A stretch of 32,000 nucleotides of DNA. Source: Aliivibrio fischeri ES114 (GTDB lineage: Bacteria > Pseudomonadota > Gammaproteobacteria > Enterobacterales > Vibrionaceae). Both the position numbers and the translations under genes were made by a program. Below, piece by piece: positions 8,772-19,036 of this stretch. The notes beneath the pieces were generated by a model. The model saw only the letters and a list, made by a program, of their open reading frames with translations. It ran no database searches and was not told the origin of the DNA. The first letter of the stretch is position 1; every line of letters starts with the position of its first letter. The stretch is taken from the NCBI RefSeq assembly GCF_000011805.1, contig NC_006840.2; one strand, 5' to 3'.

Positions 8772-8825
8772 CATAGTGTAAAACAAATTGTTTAAATCTT
8801 ATTCTTAATAAGTAATACGCATTAC

Positions 8826-10037
8826 TTATTTGCTATTTAGCGCACGAATACGACTTGATAACGAGTAAAGACGAATAAAGCCTTCTGCATGACTTTGGTC
8901 ATACACTTCATCGGCACCAAAAGTAGCAAACTCTTCTGAATATAAACTGTTATCAGAACGCTTTTGAATTACCGTCGCATGGCCTTTATACAACTTAATA
9001 ACGACCTCGCCATTCACGTCTTTTGCCAGCTCTTCAGATGCCGCTAAGATAGACTTACATAACGGTGTAAACCAACGACCATCATAAACAAGGTGAGAGG
9101 CTTTAATGCCTAGCTCTTCGCGGAATTCAAATGACGTTTTATCTAAAACAAGTTGTTCAACTGCACGCAATGCTTCGTTAATGATCGTGCCCCCTGGAGT
9201 TTCATAACAACCACGAGACTTCATTCCTACCAAACGGTTTTCAACGATATCAATACGACCAACACCGTGCTTTGCCCCTTTCTCATTTAGGTATACAACC
9301 ACTTCATAAGGTGTCATCGCTTTACCATCAACCGCAACAACCGCACCCTTTTCTACTTTTAATGAGATCGTTTCTGATTCATTTGGTGCTTGCTCAGGAT
9401 CAACAGTCCATGCCCAACAATCGTCATTTGGTGCATTCCATGTTTCTTCTAAAACACCACCTTCAGTTGAGATATGCCATGCATTAGCATCACGAGAATA
9501 GATCTTAGTAAGAGAAGCAGTACAAGGGATATTACGCTCAGCCAAATAATCTAAACACTCTTCACGGCTCACAAGATCCCACTCACGCCATGGAGCAATA
9601 ACATGAAGATCTGGAGCTAGCGCAGCAAACGCACCTTCAAAACGAATCTGGTCATTACCTTTACCAGTACAACCATGACAAAGCGCATCTGCACCCACAT
9701 TACGAGCCACTTCAACTTGTGCTTTAGCAATGATAGGACGTGCCATTGACGTTCCTAGTAAATATTTACCTTCATACAACGCGCCTGTTTTTAGCGTTGG
9801 GAAAATATACTCAGAAACCATTTCTTCTTTTAAATCAACGACATAACACTCAGTCGCCCCCGATGCAATTGCCTTCGCTTCAATACCTTCAAGTTCTTCT
9901 TCGCCTTGACCAACATCCGCAACAAAAGCAATCACTTCACAGTTATAATTCTCTTTTAACCATGGGATGATCACAGAGGTATCTAAGCCACCAGAGTATG
10001 CGACAACAACCTTGTTTACTTCTACTTTCTTACTCAT
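8826..10037 (-). CDS. argG: Argininosuccinate synthase
   Basis: It has the ATP-binding AYSGGLDTS motif and is collinear with ArgG. I moved the start from the ORF-track 10058 to the ATG at 10037 (MSKKVEV...), which is preceded by AAGGAG at 7-nt spacing. The MRFKENR extension has no RBS. Confidence 0.95.
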   Translation of the reverse strand: MSKKVEVNKVVVAYSGGLDTSVIIPWLKENYNCEVIAFVADVGQGEEELEGIEAKAIASGATECYVVDLKEEMVSEYIFPTLKTGALYEGKYLLGTSMARPIIAKAQVEVARNVGADALCHGCTGKGNDQIRFEGAFAALAPDLHVIAPWREWDLVSREECLDYLAERNIPCTASLTKIYSRDANAWHISTEGGVLEETWNAPNDDCWAWTVDPEQAPNESETISLKVEKGAVVAVDGKAMTPYEVVVYLNEKGAKHGVGRIDIVENRLVGMKSRGCYETPGGTIINEALRAVEQLVLDKTSFEFREELGIKASHLVYDGRWFTPLCKSILAASEELAKDVNGEVVIKLYKGHATVIQKRSDNSLYSEEFATFGADEVYDQSHAEGFIRLYSLSSRIRALNSK

Positions 10038-10093
10038 TCTATTCTCCTTGAACCGCACAACTCGCGGCGACTATATTCTTAAAATTACATTGC

Positions 10094-10876
10094 CTATTGA
10101 GGCTGAAATTGTGTGCCAATGCTGTTTCCAATAAACAACTCAGCTAATTTTTCTGGTGAGCGCCATGAAGCCACTTCTATTGCTCGCCCTAATTCTTGAG
10201 CTGCATCCAATGCTGCACGGACTTTAACTATCATGCCATCGGTAATAACAGCTTGGTGAATTAACATTTCAGCTTGCGCTGAGTCCAAACTCTTAATCAG
10301 CTGTTTTTCGGCATCTAGCACTCCGGGAACGTCTGACAATAGAACCAAATCAGCATCCAATGCTGTCGCTACTGCAACCGCAGCTTGATCAGCATTTACA
10401 TTCATTAATTCACCATCATTCGTAATACCGATAGAGCTAATAATGGGCGTTACTTGAGTTGCTAAAATCGCCTCTAATACTTTTGCATCACCAGCCGTTG
10501 CTAAGCCGACATTACCTAATTCAGGGTTTAATTGAGTGATCTGACACAAACCACCATCAGCCAAACTTAAGCCAATTGCCTTAACGTTATTTTTCATGGC
10601 TTGGCCCTGTAGCATTTTATTTGCCGTTCCAGCCAACGCACCTGTGATATAGCCAATCTGATCTTTTGGAGTAACTCGTAACCCCTCTTTTTTTATTGTT
10701 TCTAATTGAAGCTTTGCCATAAGCTCATCAACAAGATAGCCACCACCATGAACAATAATAAGAGAACGCTTGGCTTGCTGTTGATAATTTGAAATTGTTT
10801 TAAATAACAGCGTGAGCGTATCGATTGAAGACAATACTGCTCCACCAAGCTTTATAACCAATGGACGTTGATTCAT
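10094..10876 (-). CDS. argB: Acetylglutamate kinase
   Basis: 260 aa. It has amino-acid-kinase-fold motifs ([24 protein letters not shown]) and sits in argC-argB-argG order. Confidence 0.95.
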   Translation of the reverse strand: MNQRPLVIKLGGAVLSSIDTLTLLFKTISNYQQQAKRSLIIVHGGGYLVDELMAKLQLETIKKEGLRVTPKDQIGYITGALAGTANKMLQGQAMKNNVKAIGLSLADGGLCQITQLNPELGNVGLATAGDAKVLEAILATQVTPIISSIGITNDGELMNVNADQAAVAVATALDADLVLLSDVPGVLDAEKQLIKSLDSAQAEMLIHQAVITDGMIVKVRAALDAAQELGRAIEVASWRSPEKLAELFIGNSIGTQFQPQ

Positions 10877-10891
10877 ATTTATTATTCTTCC

Positions 10892-11896
10892 TTAAATCAA
10901 TGCGGTTAATACCGGAAAACCAAAACGAATATTAATGCATTGCATTGCTTGACTTGATGCACCTTTCAACAAGTTATCAATCGCAGAAACGACGATTAAA
11001 TGCTCCCCTTGCACTTTCCAGCCAATATCGCAAAAAGGGGTTTTCTCTACCGATTGAATCTTGGGCATTTCGTTTTCTAATAAACGCACCGCTGGCGTTT
11101 GGGTATAAGCCGTTTCAAACGCTTCTTGAATTTCTTTTTCTGTCACGCCTTTCGCTAATTTAGTCGTGATTGTCGCTAAAATACCACGCTTAAAATTACC
11201 TAAATGAGGAGTGAAAATCACATCACAACCTAAATGAGCTGCAATTTCAGGTTGGTGACGATGATTAAACACACCATAGGGTTGTAAGCTCACTTCACAG
11301 AAAGAACTGGTTAAACTTGCCTTACGTCCTGCTCCTGTTACCCCGCTAGTTGCATTTATAACAGGCCATTGATTCTTATCTAATAATTCAGATTTAACTA
11401 ACGGTTTTAGTGCTAATTGTGACGCAGTCGGATAACAGCCAGGAACAGCAACCAATTGTGCTTTCGCTATGGCTTCAGCATTCCACTCAGCTAAACCATA
11501 AACGGCTTTATCTAACCACGCTTCATATTGATGCTCAAAACCATAGAACTCACTGTAAAAGCCTTCTTTTTTCACACGAAAAGCGCCAGATAAATCGAAT
11601 ACTACACAGCCATTTTCTAAAAATGTTGCTGCTAAGTTATGACTGACTTCATGGGCAGTTGCTAGCAAAATAACATCACACTCTTTAGCAGCTTGATTCA
11701 CATTAACTAATGGCTGTAATGCTTCATCAACAATTCCTTTTAATGAACCATGCAATTCACTGATCGCCTTTCCTTTATCTAGACTGTTTTCTGAAACATA
11801 TAAACCCGATAAAGAAAGGTGTGGATGCTTAAATACCATCAGAGCTAATTCAGCTCCTGTGTATCCACTCGCTCCAATAATGGCTGTTTTCAACAT
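10892..11896 (-). CDS. argC: N-acetyl-gamma-glutamyl-phosphate reductase
   Basis: 334 aa. It has the NAD(P)-binding IIGASGYTG motif and the catalytic Cys in [10 protein letters not shown]. It is the first gene of the arg operon and is divergent from argE. Confidence 0.95.
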   Translation of the reverse strand: MLKTAIIGASGYTGAELALMVFKHPHLSLSGLYVSENSLDKGKAISELHGSLKGIVDEALQPLVNVNQAAKECDVILLATAHEVSHNLAATFLENGCVVFDLSGAFRVKKEGFYSEFYGFEHQYEAWLDKAVYGLAEWNAEAIAKAQLVAVPGCYPTASQLALKPLVKSELLDKNQWPVINATSGVTGAGRKASLTSSFCEVSLQPYGVFNHRHQPEIAAHLGCDVIFTPHLGNFKRGILATITTKLAKGVTEKEIQEAFETAYTQTPAVRLLENEMPKIQSVEKTPFCDIGWKVQGEHLIVVSAIDNLLKGASSQAMQCINIRFGFPVLTALI

Positions 11897-12021
11897 AATT
11901 CGTCCCTTTTATCTCTTAAATCTTATTGAAGGGAAAAGCCATTCAGGGTAACGTGAGTGTTGCCCATATTGAAGGTATCCTTTCCTTCTCTCAATTTAGT
12001 TATTCACTCAAACTCAACTAA

Positions 12022-12060
12022 ATTGTATTTTTATTCACTTAATGTGATTTAATATGTGTT
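12022..12060. promoter_or_regulatory. Candidate paired ARG boxes (ArgR operator) in the argC / argE divergent control region
   Basis: ATTGTATTTTTATTCACT (12022-12039) has one core mismatch to wNTGAATwwwwATTCANw. After 3 bp comes TGTGATTTAATATGTGTT (12043-12060, 6 of 10 core positions). The 18+3+18 spacing is the canonical ARG operator layout. A further TTATTCACT half-site sits at 12000-12008. Confidence 0.45.
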
Positions 12061-12104
12061 TTACAGAATTCTCTCTTTTGTGTCAACAGTGGATGTATGA
12101 ATAA

Positions 12105-13241
12105 ATGAAATTTCCGGAATTTAAAGATTATTATCAACAGCTCATTTCAACCTCTTCAATAAGCTCGACCGACTCAAGTTGGGATGAAGGCAATGCAGAA
12201 GTCATAAATAAACTTGCACAATGGTGCGAAGATCTTGGGTGTGAAGTTGAGATTGAAGAAATTGAAAAAGGTAAACTCAATCTATTGGCAAAATTAGGGT
12301 CTGGTGAAGGTGGGTTATTATTAGCAGGTCATACCGATACGGTCCCATACGATGAAGGCCGTTGGAATTATGAACCACACGCTTTAACTGAAGCTAACGA
12401 TCGATTTTATGGATTAGGCACCGCAGACATGAAAGGTTTCTTTGCTTTTATTCTAGAAGCCATTAAAAACATTAATTGGAAAGATCAGTCTAAACCTCTC
12501 TATATTCTGGCAACTTGTGATGAAGAAACCACCATGCTTGGTGCTCGTCACTTTGCATCAAATACTAAAATTCAACCAGATTATTGCATTATCGGTGAGC
12601 CAACTAGCCTAAAACCGATCCGTGGACATAAAGGACATGTCGCTAATGCCATTCGAGTAACAGGTAAATCTGGACACTCTTCCGATCCCGCTCATGGTGT
12701 AAATGCCTTAGAGATCATGAACGAGATCATGTTCGCTCTCATGACATTAAAAAATAAATTAGTTAAGGAATATCATAACCCTGGTTTCTCTATTCCTTAC
12801 CCGACACTTAATCTTGGTCATATTCATGGAGGGGACAGCCCAAACCGTATTTGTGGCTGTTGTGAACTGCATTATGATGTTCGTCCACTGCCGGGGATCA
12901 GCTTAGATGGTCTTGATAATATGCTTCGTGATGCTCTAAAAGAGATTGAAGCAAAATGGCCTGGACGTATTGATATTACCCCACTTCATGAACCTATTCC
13001 TGGTTATGAATGTAGCGCCGATAGTCCGATAGTAACGAGCACTGCTGACATTTGTGGGCAAGATGTAGAAACCGTGAACTACTGTACTGAAGCGCCTTTT
13101 TTACAAGATCTTTGTCCTACATTAGTACTTGGCCCCGGCTCTATTGAACAAGCTCACCAACCTGATGAGTATTTAGCTTTTTCTTTTATAGACCCAACCA
13201 TCAGTATATTAAGCAAATTAATGTACAAACACTGTTTTTAG
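12105..13241 (+). CDS. argE: Acetylornithine deacetylase
   Basis: 378 aa in the M20 metallopeptidase family ([20 protein letters not shown]). It has the conserved divergent position relative to argCB and is followed by ppc, as in E. coli. Confidence 0.93.
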   Translation: MKFPEFKDYYQQLISTSSISSTDSSWDEGNAEVINKLAQWCEDLGCEVEIEEIEKGKLNLLAKLGSGEGGLLLAGHTDTVPYDEGRWNYEPHALTEANDRFYGLGTADMKGFFAFILEAIKNINWKDQSKPLYILATCDEETTMLGARHFASNTKIQPDYCIIGEPTSLKPIRGHKGHVANAIRVTGKSGHSSDPAHGVNALEIMNEIMFALMTLKNKLVKEYHNPGFSIPYPTLNLGHIHGGDSPNRICGCCELHYDVRPLPGISLDGLDNMLRDALKEIEAKWPGRIDITPLHEPIPGYECSADSPIVTSTADICGQDVETVNYCTEAPFLQDLCPTLVLGPGSIEQAHQPDEYLAFSFIDPTISILSKLMYKHCF

Positions 13242-13420
13242 GCTGAAATAAATTTACAAAACTCGTCAATATGAAAAGTAAGGTTCGATGATCTACGGCA
13301 AATTAGCGTTCAAAAAACCAACAAATATTCACCAATATTTGACGAGTAGCCTTAAATTCGGATAGATTGAAGGCAGTAAAAAATCAGGATGTAACAAAAT
13401 TACAAGTATAGGAAGTATGT

Positions 13421-16051
13421 ATGAATGAAAAGTACGCTGCTTTAAAAAGCAATGTCAGCATGTTGGGTCACCTGCTTGGTAACACGATTCGAGACGCACA
13501 TGGTGAAGAGCTATTAGCAAAAGTTGAAACCATTCGTAAGCTGTCTAAAACAGCGCGCGCAGGAAGCGACGAAGACCGCAATGCACTGATTGAAGAAATT
13601 AAAAGCCTTCCAGACGATCAACTAACACCTGTTGCTCGAGCATTCAGCCAATTTCTAAACCTTACCAATATGGCAGAACAATATCATACTATCTCACGCC
13701 ATTGTGAAGCACATGTATGTGAACCTGATGCTATTAGTACCTTATTCTCAAAACTAAGCCAAAGTAACGTAAGTAAGCTAGATACTGCACAAGCCGTTCG
13801 TGAATTAAATATCGAATTGGTTCTTACTGCACACCCTACTGAAATCGCACGTCGCACCATGATCAACAAGTTGGTTAAAATCAACGAATGTTTATCAAAA
13901 CTTGAGCTTGGTGATATCTCTTTTTCAGAACGAGATAAAACAGAACGTCGTCTAGAGCAACTGATTGCTCAAGCATGGCACTCAGATGTTATTCGTCAAG
14001 AACGTCCAACACCATTAGATGAAGCTAAATGGGGCTTTGCTGTTGTTGAAAACTCTCTATGGCAAGGTATTCCAGAGTTTTTACGTGAATTCGACCAACG
14101 CCTAGAAGGCCACTTAGGTGAAGGACTTCCAATCGATGCGCGTCCAGTCCACATGTCATCTTGGATGGGTGGAGACCGTGATGGTAACCCATTTGTAACG
14201 CACAAAATTACTCGTGAAGTGATGCTCCTTTCTCGTTGGAAAGCAGCCGATCTTTACTTAAAAGACATTAATGAGCTAATCAGCGAACTTTCAATGGTCA
14301 AATGTACTGATGAAGTTCGTGAGTTGGCGGGCGACCAACACGAACCTTATCGAGCTATTCTAAAACAGCTTCGTACATTGTTAGGCGATACTCTGGAAAG
14401 CCTAGATGCGCAAATGAAAGGTGAGCTAGCACCAAACAAAGTAATCCTGACCGATGCAGATCAGCTTTGGAACCCGCTGTATGCATGTTACCAATCACTG
14501 CATGCTTGTGGTATGGGGATCATTGCTGATGGTTCATTACTCGATACATTACGTCGAGTAAAAGCATTTGGTGCTCACTTAGTTCGTTTGGATATCCGCC
14601 AAGAAAGTACCCGTCACTCGGATGTATTGTCTGAACTGACTCGTTACTTAGGCATTGGTGATTATGACCAATGGAGCGAACAAGATAAAATTTCATTCCT
14701 TGTTAATGAGCTAAGCTCAAAACGTCCTCTTCTTCCACGCAAATGGGAACCGTCTCCAGAAGTTCAAGAAGTTATTGATACTTGTAAAGTAGTTGCAGAA
14801 CAATCTAAAGAAGCATTAGGCTCTTATGTCATTTCAATGGCTCGTACTGCATCAGACGTACTGGCTGTTCATCTGTTACTTCAAGAAGCTGGTTGTCCAT
14901 TCCGTATGGATGTATGTCCATTATTCGAAACTTTAGACGATTTAAATCGCTCTAAAGAAGTAATGGAACAACTATTCTCTATTGATTGGTATCGTGGATT
15001 TATCCAAAACCATCAAATGGTAATGATCGGTTATTCAGATTCAGCTAAAGATGCAGGTGTAATGTCTGCTGGTTGGGCTCAGTACAGTGCAATGGAAGCG
15101 CTTGTTGAAGTCTGTGAGAAAGAAAGCATCGAACTGACACTTTTCCATGGTCGTGGCGGTACTATCGGTCGTGGCGGTGCACCAGCGCACGCTGCACTCT
15201 TATCTCAACCACCTAAGAGCTTAAAAGGTGGCCTACGAGTAACAGAGCAAGGTGAGATGATCCGATTCAAACTTGGTCTTCCTGAAGTGGCTGTAAACAG
15301 CTTTAACTTGTATGCAAGTGCAATTCTTGAAGCGAACCTTCTTCCACCACCAGAACCGAAACAAGAATGGCGCGACCTAATGGAAGTGTTATCAGAAGTA
15401 TCGTGTGAAGCTTACCGTAACGTCGTTCGTGGCGAAAAAGACTTTGTCCCTTACTTCCGTGCAGCAACACCAGAATTAGAGCTAGGTAAACTTCCTCTCG
15501 GTTCTCGCCCAGCAAAACGTAACCCAAATGGTGGCGTTGAAAGTTTACGTGCTATTCCATGGATTTTCTCATGGAGTCAAAACCGCTTAGTACTTCCTGC
15601 ATGGTTAGGTGCTGGTGAAGCCATTCAATATTCAATTGATAAAGGTCACCAGGCACTATTAGAAGAGATGTGTCGTGAATGGCCATTCTTCTCAACACGC
15701 CTTGGTATGCTGGAGATGGTTTATACTAAGTGTAACCCTCAAATGTCAGAATACTACGATCAACGCTTAACCGATAAGTCACTATGGCCATTAGGCGAGC
15801 GTCTGCGTAATCAACTACAAGCTGATATCAAAGCGGTACTAAACGTAGAAAACAATGATCACTTAATGGAGCGTGACCCATGGGGCTCTGAATCCATTCG
15901 TTTACGCAATATCTATGTTGACCCATTGAACATGCTGCAAGCAGAGCTTCTGTTCCGTACTCGTCAACAAGAAGAGACGTCACCAGAGCTTGAAGAAGCG
16001 CTAATGGTAACTATAGCGGGTATTGCTGCAGGTATGCGCAACACAGGTTAA
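13421..16051 (+). CDS. ppc: Phosphoenolpyruvate carboxylase
   Basis: 876 aa, collinear with E. coli Ppc from MNE.Y.AL.SNVSMLG to the C-terminal IAAGMRNTG. It carries the signatures VLTAHPTE and [10 protein letters not shown]. Confidence 0.98.
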   Translation: MNEKYAALKSNVSMLGHLLGNTIRDAHGEELLAKVETIRKLSKTARAGSDEDRNALIEEIKSLPDDQLTPVARAFSQFLNLTNMAEQYHTISRHCEAHVCEPDAISTLFSKLSQSNVSKLDTAQAVRELNIELVLTAHPTEIARRTMINKLVKINECLSKLELGDISFSERDKTERRLEQLIAQAWHSDVIRQERPTPLDEAKWGFAVVENSLWQGIPEFLREFDQRLEGHLGEGLPIDARPVHMSSWMGGDRDGNPFVTHKITREVMLLSRWKAADLYLKDINELISELSMVKCTDEVRELAGDQHEPYRAILKQLRTLLGDTLESLDAQMKGELAPNKVILTDADQLWNPLYACYQSLHACGMGIIADGSLLDTLRRVKAFGAHLVRLDIRQESTRHSDVLSELTRYLGIGDYDQWSEQDKISFLVNELSSKRPLLPRKWEPSPEVQEVIDTCKVVAEQSKEALGSYVISMARTASDVLAVHLLLQEAGCPFRMDVCPLFETLDDLNRSKEVMEQLFSIDWYRGFIQNHQMVMIGYSDSAKDAGVMSAGWAQYSAMEALVEVCEKESIELTLFHGRGGTIGRGGAPAHAALLSQPPKSLKGGLRVTEQGEMIRFKLGLPEVAVNSFNLYASAILEANLLPPPEPKQEWRDLMEVLSEVSCEAYRNVVRGEKDFVPYFRAATPELELGKLPLGSRPAKRNPNGGVESLRAIPWIFSWSQNRLVLPAWLGAGEAIQYSIDKGHQALLEEMCREWPFFSTRLGMLEMVYTKCNPQMSEYYDQRLTDKSLWPLGERLRNQLQADIKAVLNVENNDHLMERDPWGSESIRLRNIYVDPLNMLQAELLFRTRQQEETSPELEEALMVTIAGIAAGMRNTG

Positions 16052-16085
16052 TCCATTTTAGATTAATAGCATCCTTCCTAATTAA

Positions 16086-16110
16086 AGGTCACTTCGGTGG
16101 CCTTTTTTAT
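16086..16110 (+). terminator. Rho-independent terminator after ppc
   Basis: Stem aggtcac / gtggcct with a UUCG loop, followed by a T6 run. Confidence 0.8.
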
Positions 16111-16152
16111 TTTTACTTTCTCTTTGTATCTCAAGATATCGACATCAAAAAC

Positions 16153-16177
16153 AAAAAAAGCCGCTACCATGAGCGAC
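16153..16177 (-). terminator. Rho-independent terminator after metF
   Basis: The minus-strand RNA has a stem GUCGCU / AGCGGC (one G.U pair, which would be a mismatch on the plus strand) followed by U7 (the A-run 16153-16159 on the plus strand). Confidence 0.7.
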
Positions 16178-16200
16178 TTTGATATGATTAATTTTAGAAA

Positions 16201-17124
<924 letters not shown>

Positions 17125-17148
17125 CTACAAAATTCCATCATCCATGAT

Positions 17149-17164
17149 GACATCATTTAGACGT
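17149..17164. promoter_or_regulatory. Tandem MetJ boxes upstream of metF
   Basis: A perfect met box AGACGTCT (17149-17156) is directly followed by ATATGTCT (6 of 8). The pair lies 60-75 nt upstream of the metF ATG. Tandem 8-bp met boxes are the known MetJ operator form. Confidence 0.6.
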
Positions 17165-17302
17165 CTATATGTCTACAGAATGTATGCAATAGAGTTCAAA
17201 GTCAAGATTCTGATTATGAATTTTTCTCAAGTTGTAATTGAGCTTTTTTCAAGATAGAAAAATAAGATGAGGAAGTAGAAACAGTGGGAGATATTTAAAG
17301 AT

Positions 17303-17330
17303 AAAAAAAACGCCAGTCCGAGGACTAGCG
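17303..17330 (-). terminator. Rho-independent terminator after rplI (end of the rpsF operon)
   Basis: The minus-strand RNA reads CGCUAGUCC..GGACUGGCG (9 bp including one G.U pair) followed by U8. Confidence 0.85.
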
Positions 17331-17355
17331 TTTTAAATCATAAGTTGGCTATTGA

Positions 17356-17805
17356 TTACTCAGCAGCAACAACTTCTAATTTCAATGTAGCAAATACTTC
17401 AGAGTGAAGTTGGATGCTAACTTCGAAAGAACCAGTTGTACGTAGAGCGCCTTCAGGAAGACGAACTTCGCTTTTCGCGATTTCAACGCCAGCAGCTGTA
17501 GCAGCTTCAGCGATGTCACGAGTACCGATTGAACCGAATAGTTTACCTTCGTCACCAGATTTTGATGCGATTGTAACTTCTAGAGCGTTAACTTTCTCAG
17601 CGCGAGCTTCAGCAGCAGCTAGTTGCTTAGCAACGTTAGCTTCTAGTTCAGCACGACGAGTTTCAAACATCTCTACGTTAGCTTTAGTTGCCATAACAGC
17701 CTTACCTTGTGGGATAAGGAAGTTACGTGCGTAACCAGCTTTAACGTTAACTTGGTCGCCAAGGCTACCTAGGTTACCGATTTTATCAAGTAGAATAACT
17801 TGCAT
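17356..17805 (-). CDS. rplI: 50S ribosomal protein L9
   Basis: 149 aa. [36 protein letters not shown] is the canonical L9 N-terminus. Confidence 0.98.
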   Translation of the reverse strand: MQVILLDKIGNLGSLGDQVNVKAGYARNFLIPQGKAVMATKANVEMFETRRAELEANVAKQLAAAEARAEKVNALEVTIASKSGDEGKLFGSIGTRDIAEAATAAGVEIAKSEVRLPEGALRTTGSFEVSIQLHSEVFATLKLEVVAAE

Positions 17806-17845
17806 TATCTTAGTCCTCTATAAACTTAATTAAACAACTAACGAC

Positions 17846-18076
<231 letters not shown>

Positions 18077-18088
18077 CTATCTCCAGAT

Positions 18089-18393
18089 CTAAATTAGTTT
18101 AATATGCTCAGCATGTAACACTACTCTCGACACACCATTTCGGCCTGTCTGGTATGTGATAAAACCACCTACCGTAACGTTACTGCCTTGAGCTAAATTT
18201 GCAGTTAAAGCTTGTGACCCTTGTCCACTCACTACCACGTTCATTCTGCAATAGACTTGTCGTGATAAGTCAGCTTCCTGTTTAATCGAACGATGCTCAA
18301 TGACAAAATGACAATGAGGTATGCCCGCAAGAACTTAGACTTCGAACCGGAGCCTTTGCGATAACACCGCTTAACTCCAATCGATTGGTTCAT
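18089..18393 (-). pseudogene. priB: Primosomal replication protein PriB, disrupted by two +1 frameshifts (or two single-base sequence errors)
   Basis: No ORF of 60 aa or more is present in the rpsF-rpsR gap. The ATG at 18393 is followed by an out-of-frame TNRLELSGVIAKAPVRS. A third frame from about 18326 reads [78 protein letters not shown]. All of this is collinear with E. coli PriB, and the position in the operon is conserved. Confidence 0.85.
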
Positions 18394-18401
18394 CAAATCA
18401 A

Positions 18402-18782
18402 TTACTCAGCAGCAGCTTCTTCAGCGCGTGGTGCAGCGTCTTCACGCTTAGCAGAACGCTCTTCTTTAGCTTTCATCATTACTGATGGCTCAGTGATCGC
18501 AGCTTTTGTACGCATGATCATGTTACGTAGAACAGCATCGTTGTAACGGAATGCAGTTTCTAGTTCATCAATAACAGCTTGCTCAGACTCAACGTTCATA
18601 AGAACGTAGTGTGCTTTGTGCAGCTTGTTGATTGGGTAAGCCATTTGACGACGACCCCAATCTTCTAGACGGTGGATAGTACCGCCAGCTTCAGTGATTG
18701 AACCAGTGTAACGCTCGATCATGCCAGCAACTTGCTCGCTTTGATCAGGATGCACCATGAATACGATTTCATAATGACGCAT
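18402..18782 (-). CDS. rpsF: 30S ribosomal protein S6
   Basis: 126 aa. [18 protein letters not shown]...[27 protein letters not shown] is nearly identical to E. coli S6, and it has an acidic C-terminal tail. Confidence 0.98.
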   Translation of the reverse strand: MRHYEIVFMVHPDQSEQVAGMIERYTGSITEAGGTIHRLEDWGRRQMAYPINKLHKAHYVLMNVESEQAVIDELETAFRYNDAVLRNMIMRTKAAITEPSVMMKAKEERSAKREDAAPRAEEAAAE

Positions 18783-18912
18783 TGGTTGCTCCTTACGGAT
18801 TATTCAGCTTCCACGAACGGCTCGGTCATCCAAGGGAAGCAAGGAACTAAAAAAAAGACCGAGAATTAAGGACGGCAGATAGTATATAAAAACAGCGCTA
18901 GTAGCAAGAAAA
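18783..18912 (-). promoter_or_regulatory. rpsF operon promoter and structured 5' leader (candidate S6:S18 autoregulatory leader)
   Basis: The minus strand has TTGCTA...TATACT/TACTAT promoter-like hexamers at about 18875-18912. The leader then contains stems CTCGGTC/GACCGAG and GCTTCC/GGAAGC, with two CCG triplets, just upstream of the AAGGAG RBS. Confidence 0.35.
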
Positions 18913-18951
18913 AGATACTTAAATCACAAAAATATTTTCGTCTTTACCAAG

Positions 18952-18978
18952 AAAAAAAGAGAATGAAAAAACATCCTC
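18952..18978 (-). terminator. Rho-independent terminator after rlmB
   Basis: The minus-strand RNA reads GAGGAUG-UUUUUU-CAUUCUC (7 bp, one G.U pair that would be an A-C mismatch on the plus strand) followed by U7. Confidence 0.7.
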
Positions 18979-19036
18979 TTTTTTGAGCTTATTTCATAAT
19001 GCTAATCAGACAATTAGCACCTAAATGCCTACTTAT

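Noticed and set aside
10038-10058. N-terminal extensions offered by the ORF track for argG (MRFKENR-) and metF (MILRQGEQD-, 17089-17115).
   Set aside because: The internal ATGs at 10037 and 17088 have good Shine-Dalgarno sequences at proper spacing and reproduce the N-termini and lengths of the E. coli homologues. The extensions lack an RBS.
13261-13347. A 9-bp inverted repeat, ACTCGTCAA ... TTGACGAGT, separated by 69 nt in the argE-ppc spacer. It could be a structured RNA or a looped operator.
   Set aside because: The loop is long and unstructured by eye and no U-tract follows. A single 9-bp inverted repeat at this distance is within chance expectation for a 32-kb AT-rich window. It would be worth revisiting only if it is conserved in relatives.
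17224-17250. A plus-strand terminator-like hairpin (CTCAA-gttgtaa-TTGAG followed by T6) in the metF-rplI spacer. It hints at a small divergent transcript or sRNA.
   Set aside because: The stem is only 5 bp and AT-rich. I could find no convincing plus-strand promoter upstream, since the best -10 candidates match 4 of 6 or fewer positions. The evidence is insufficient without transcriptome data.
17414-17734. A 106-aa plus-strand ORF that is Ala/Ser/Arg-rich and entirely antisense to rplI.
   Set aside because: It is a shadow ORF. Its composition mirrors the GCN/GAA-rich codons of the highly expressed L9 gene. It has no RBS or promoter, and the rplI assignment is unambiguous.
18341-18352. A GGTTCGAA string on the minus strand resembling a tRNA T-loop.
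   Set aside because: No complementary T-stem, acceptor stem or anticodon arm can be drawn around it, and it lies inside the recognisable priB reading frame (APVRS region). It is a coincidence.
18326-18393. The idea that the two priB frame changes are programmed ribosomal frameshifts or other recoding.
   Set aside because: There is no slippery heptamer, no stimulatory SD-like element and no downstream structure at either site. The first shift occurs immediately after the start codon, and two consecutive programmed +1 events would be unprecedented for priB. Indel lesions or sequence errors are far more parsimonious.
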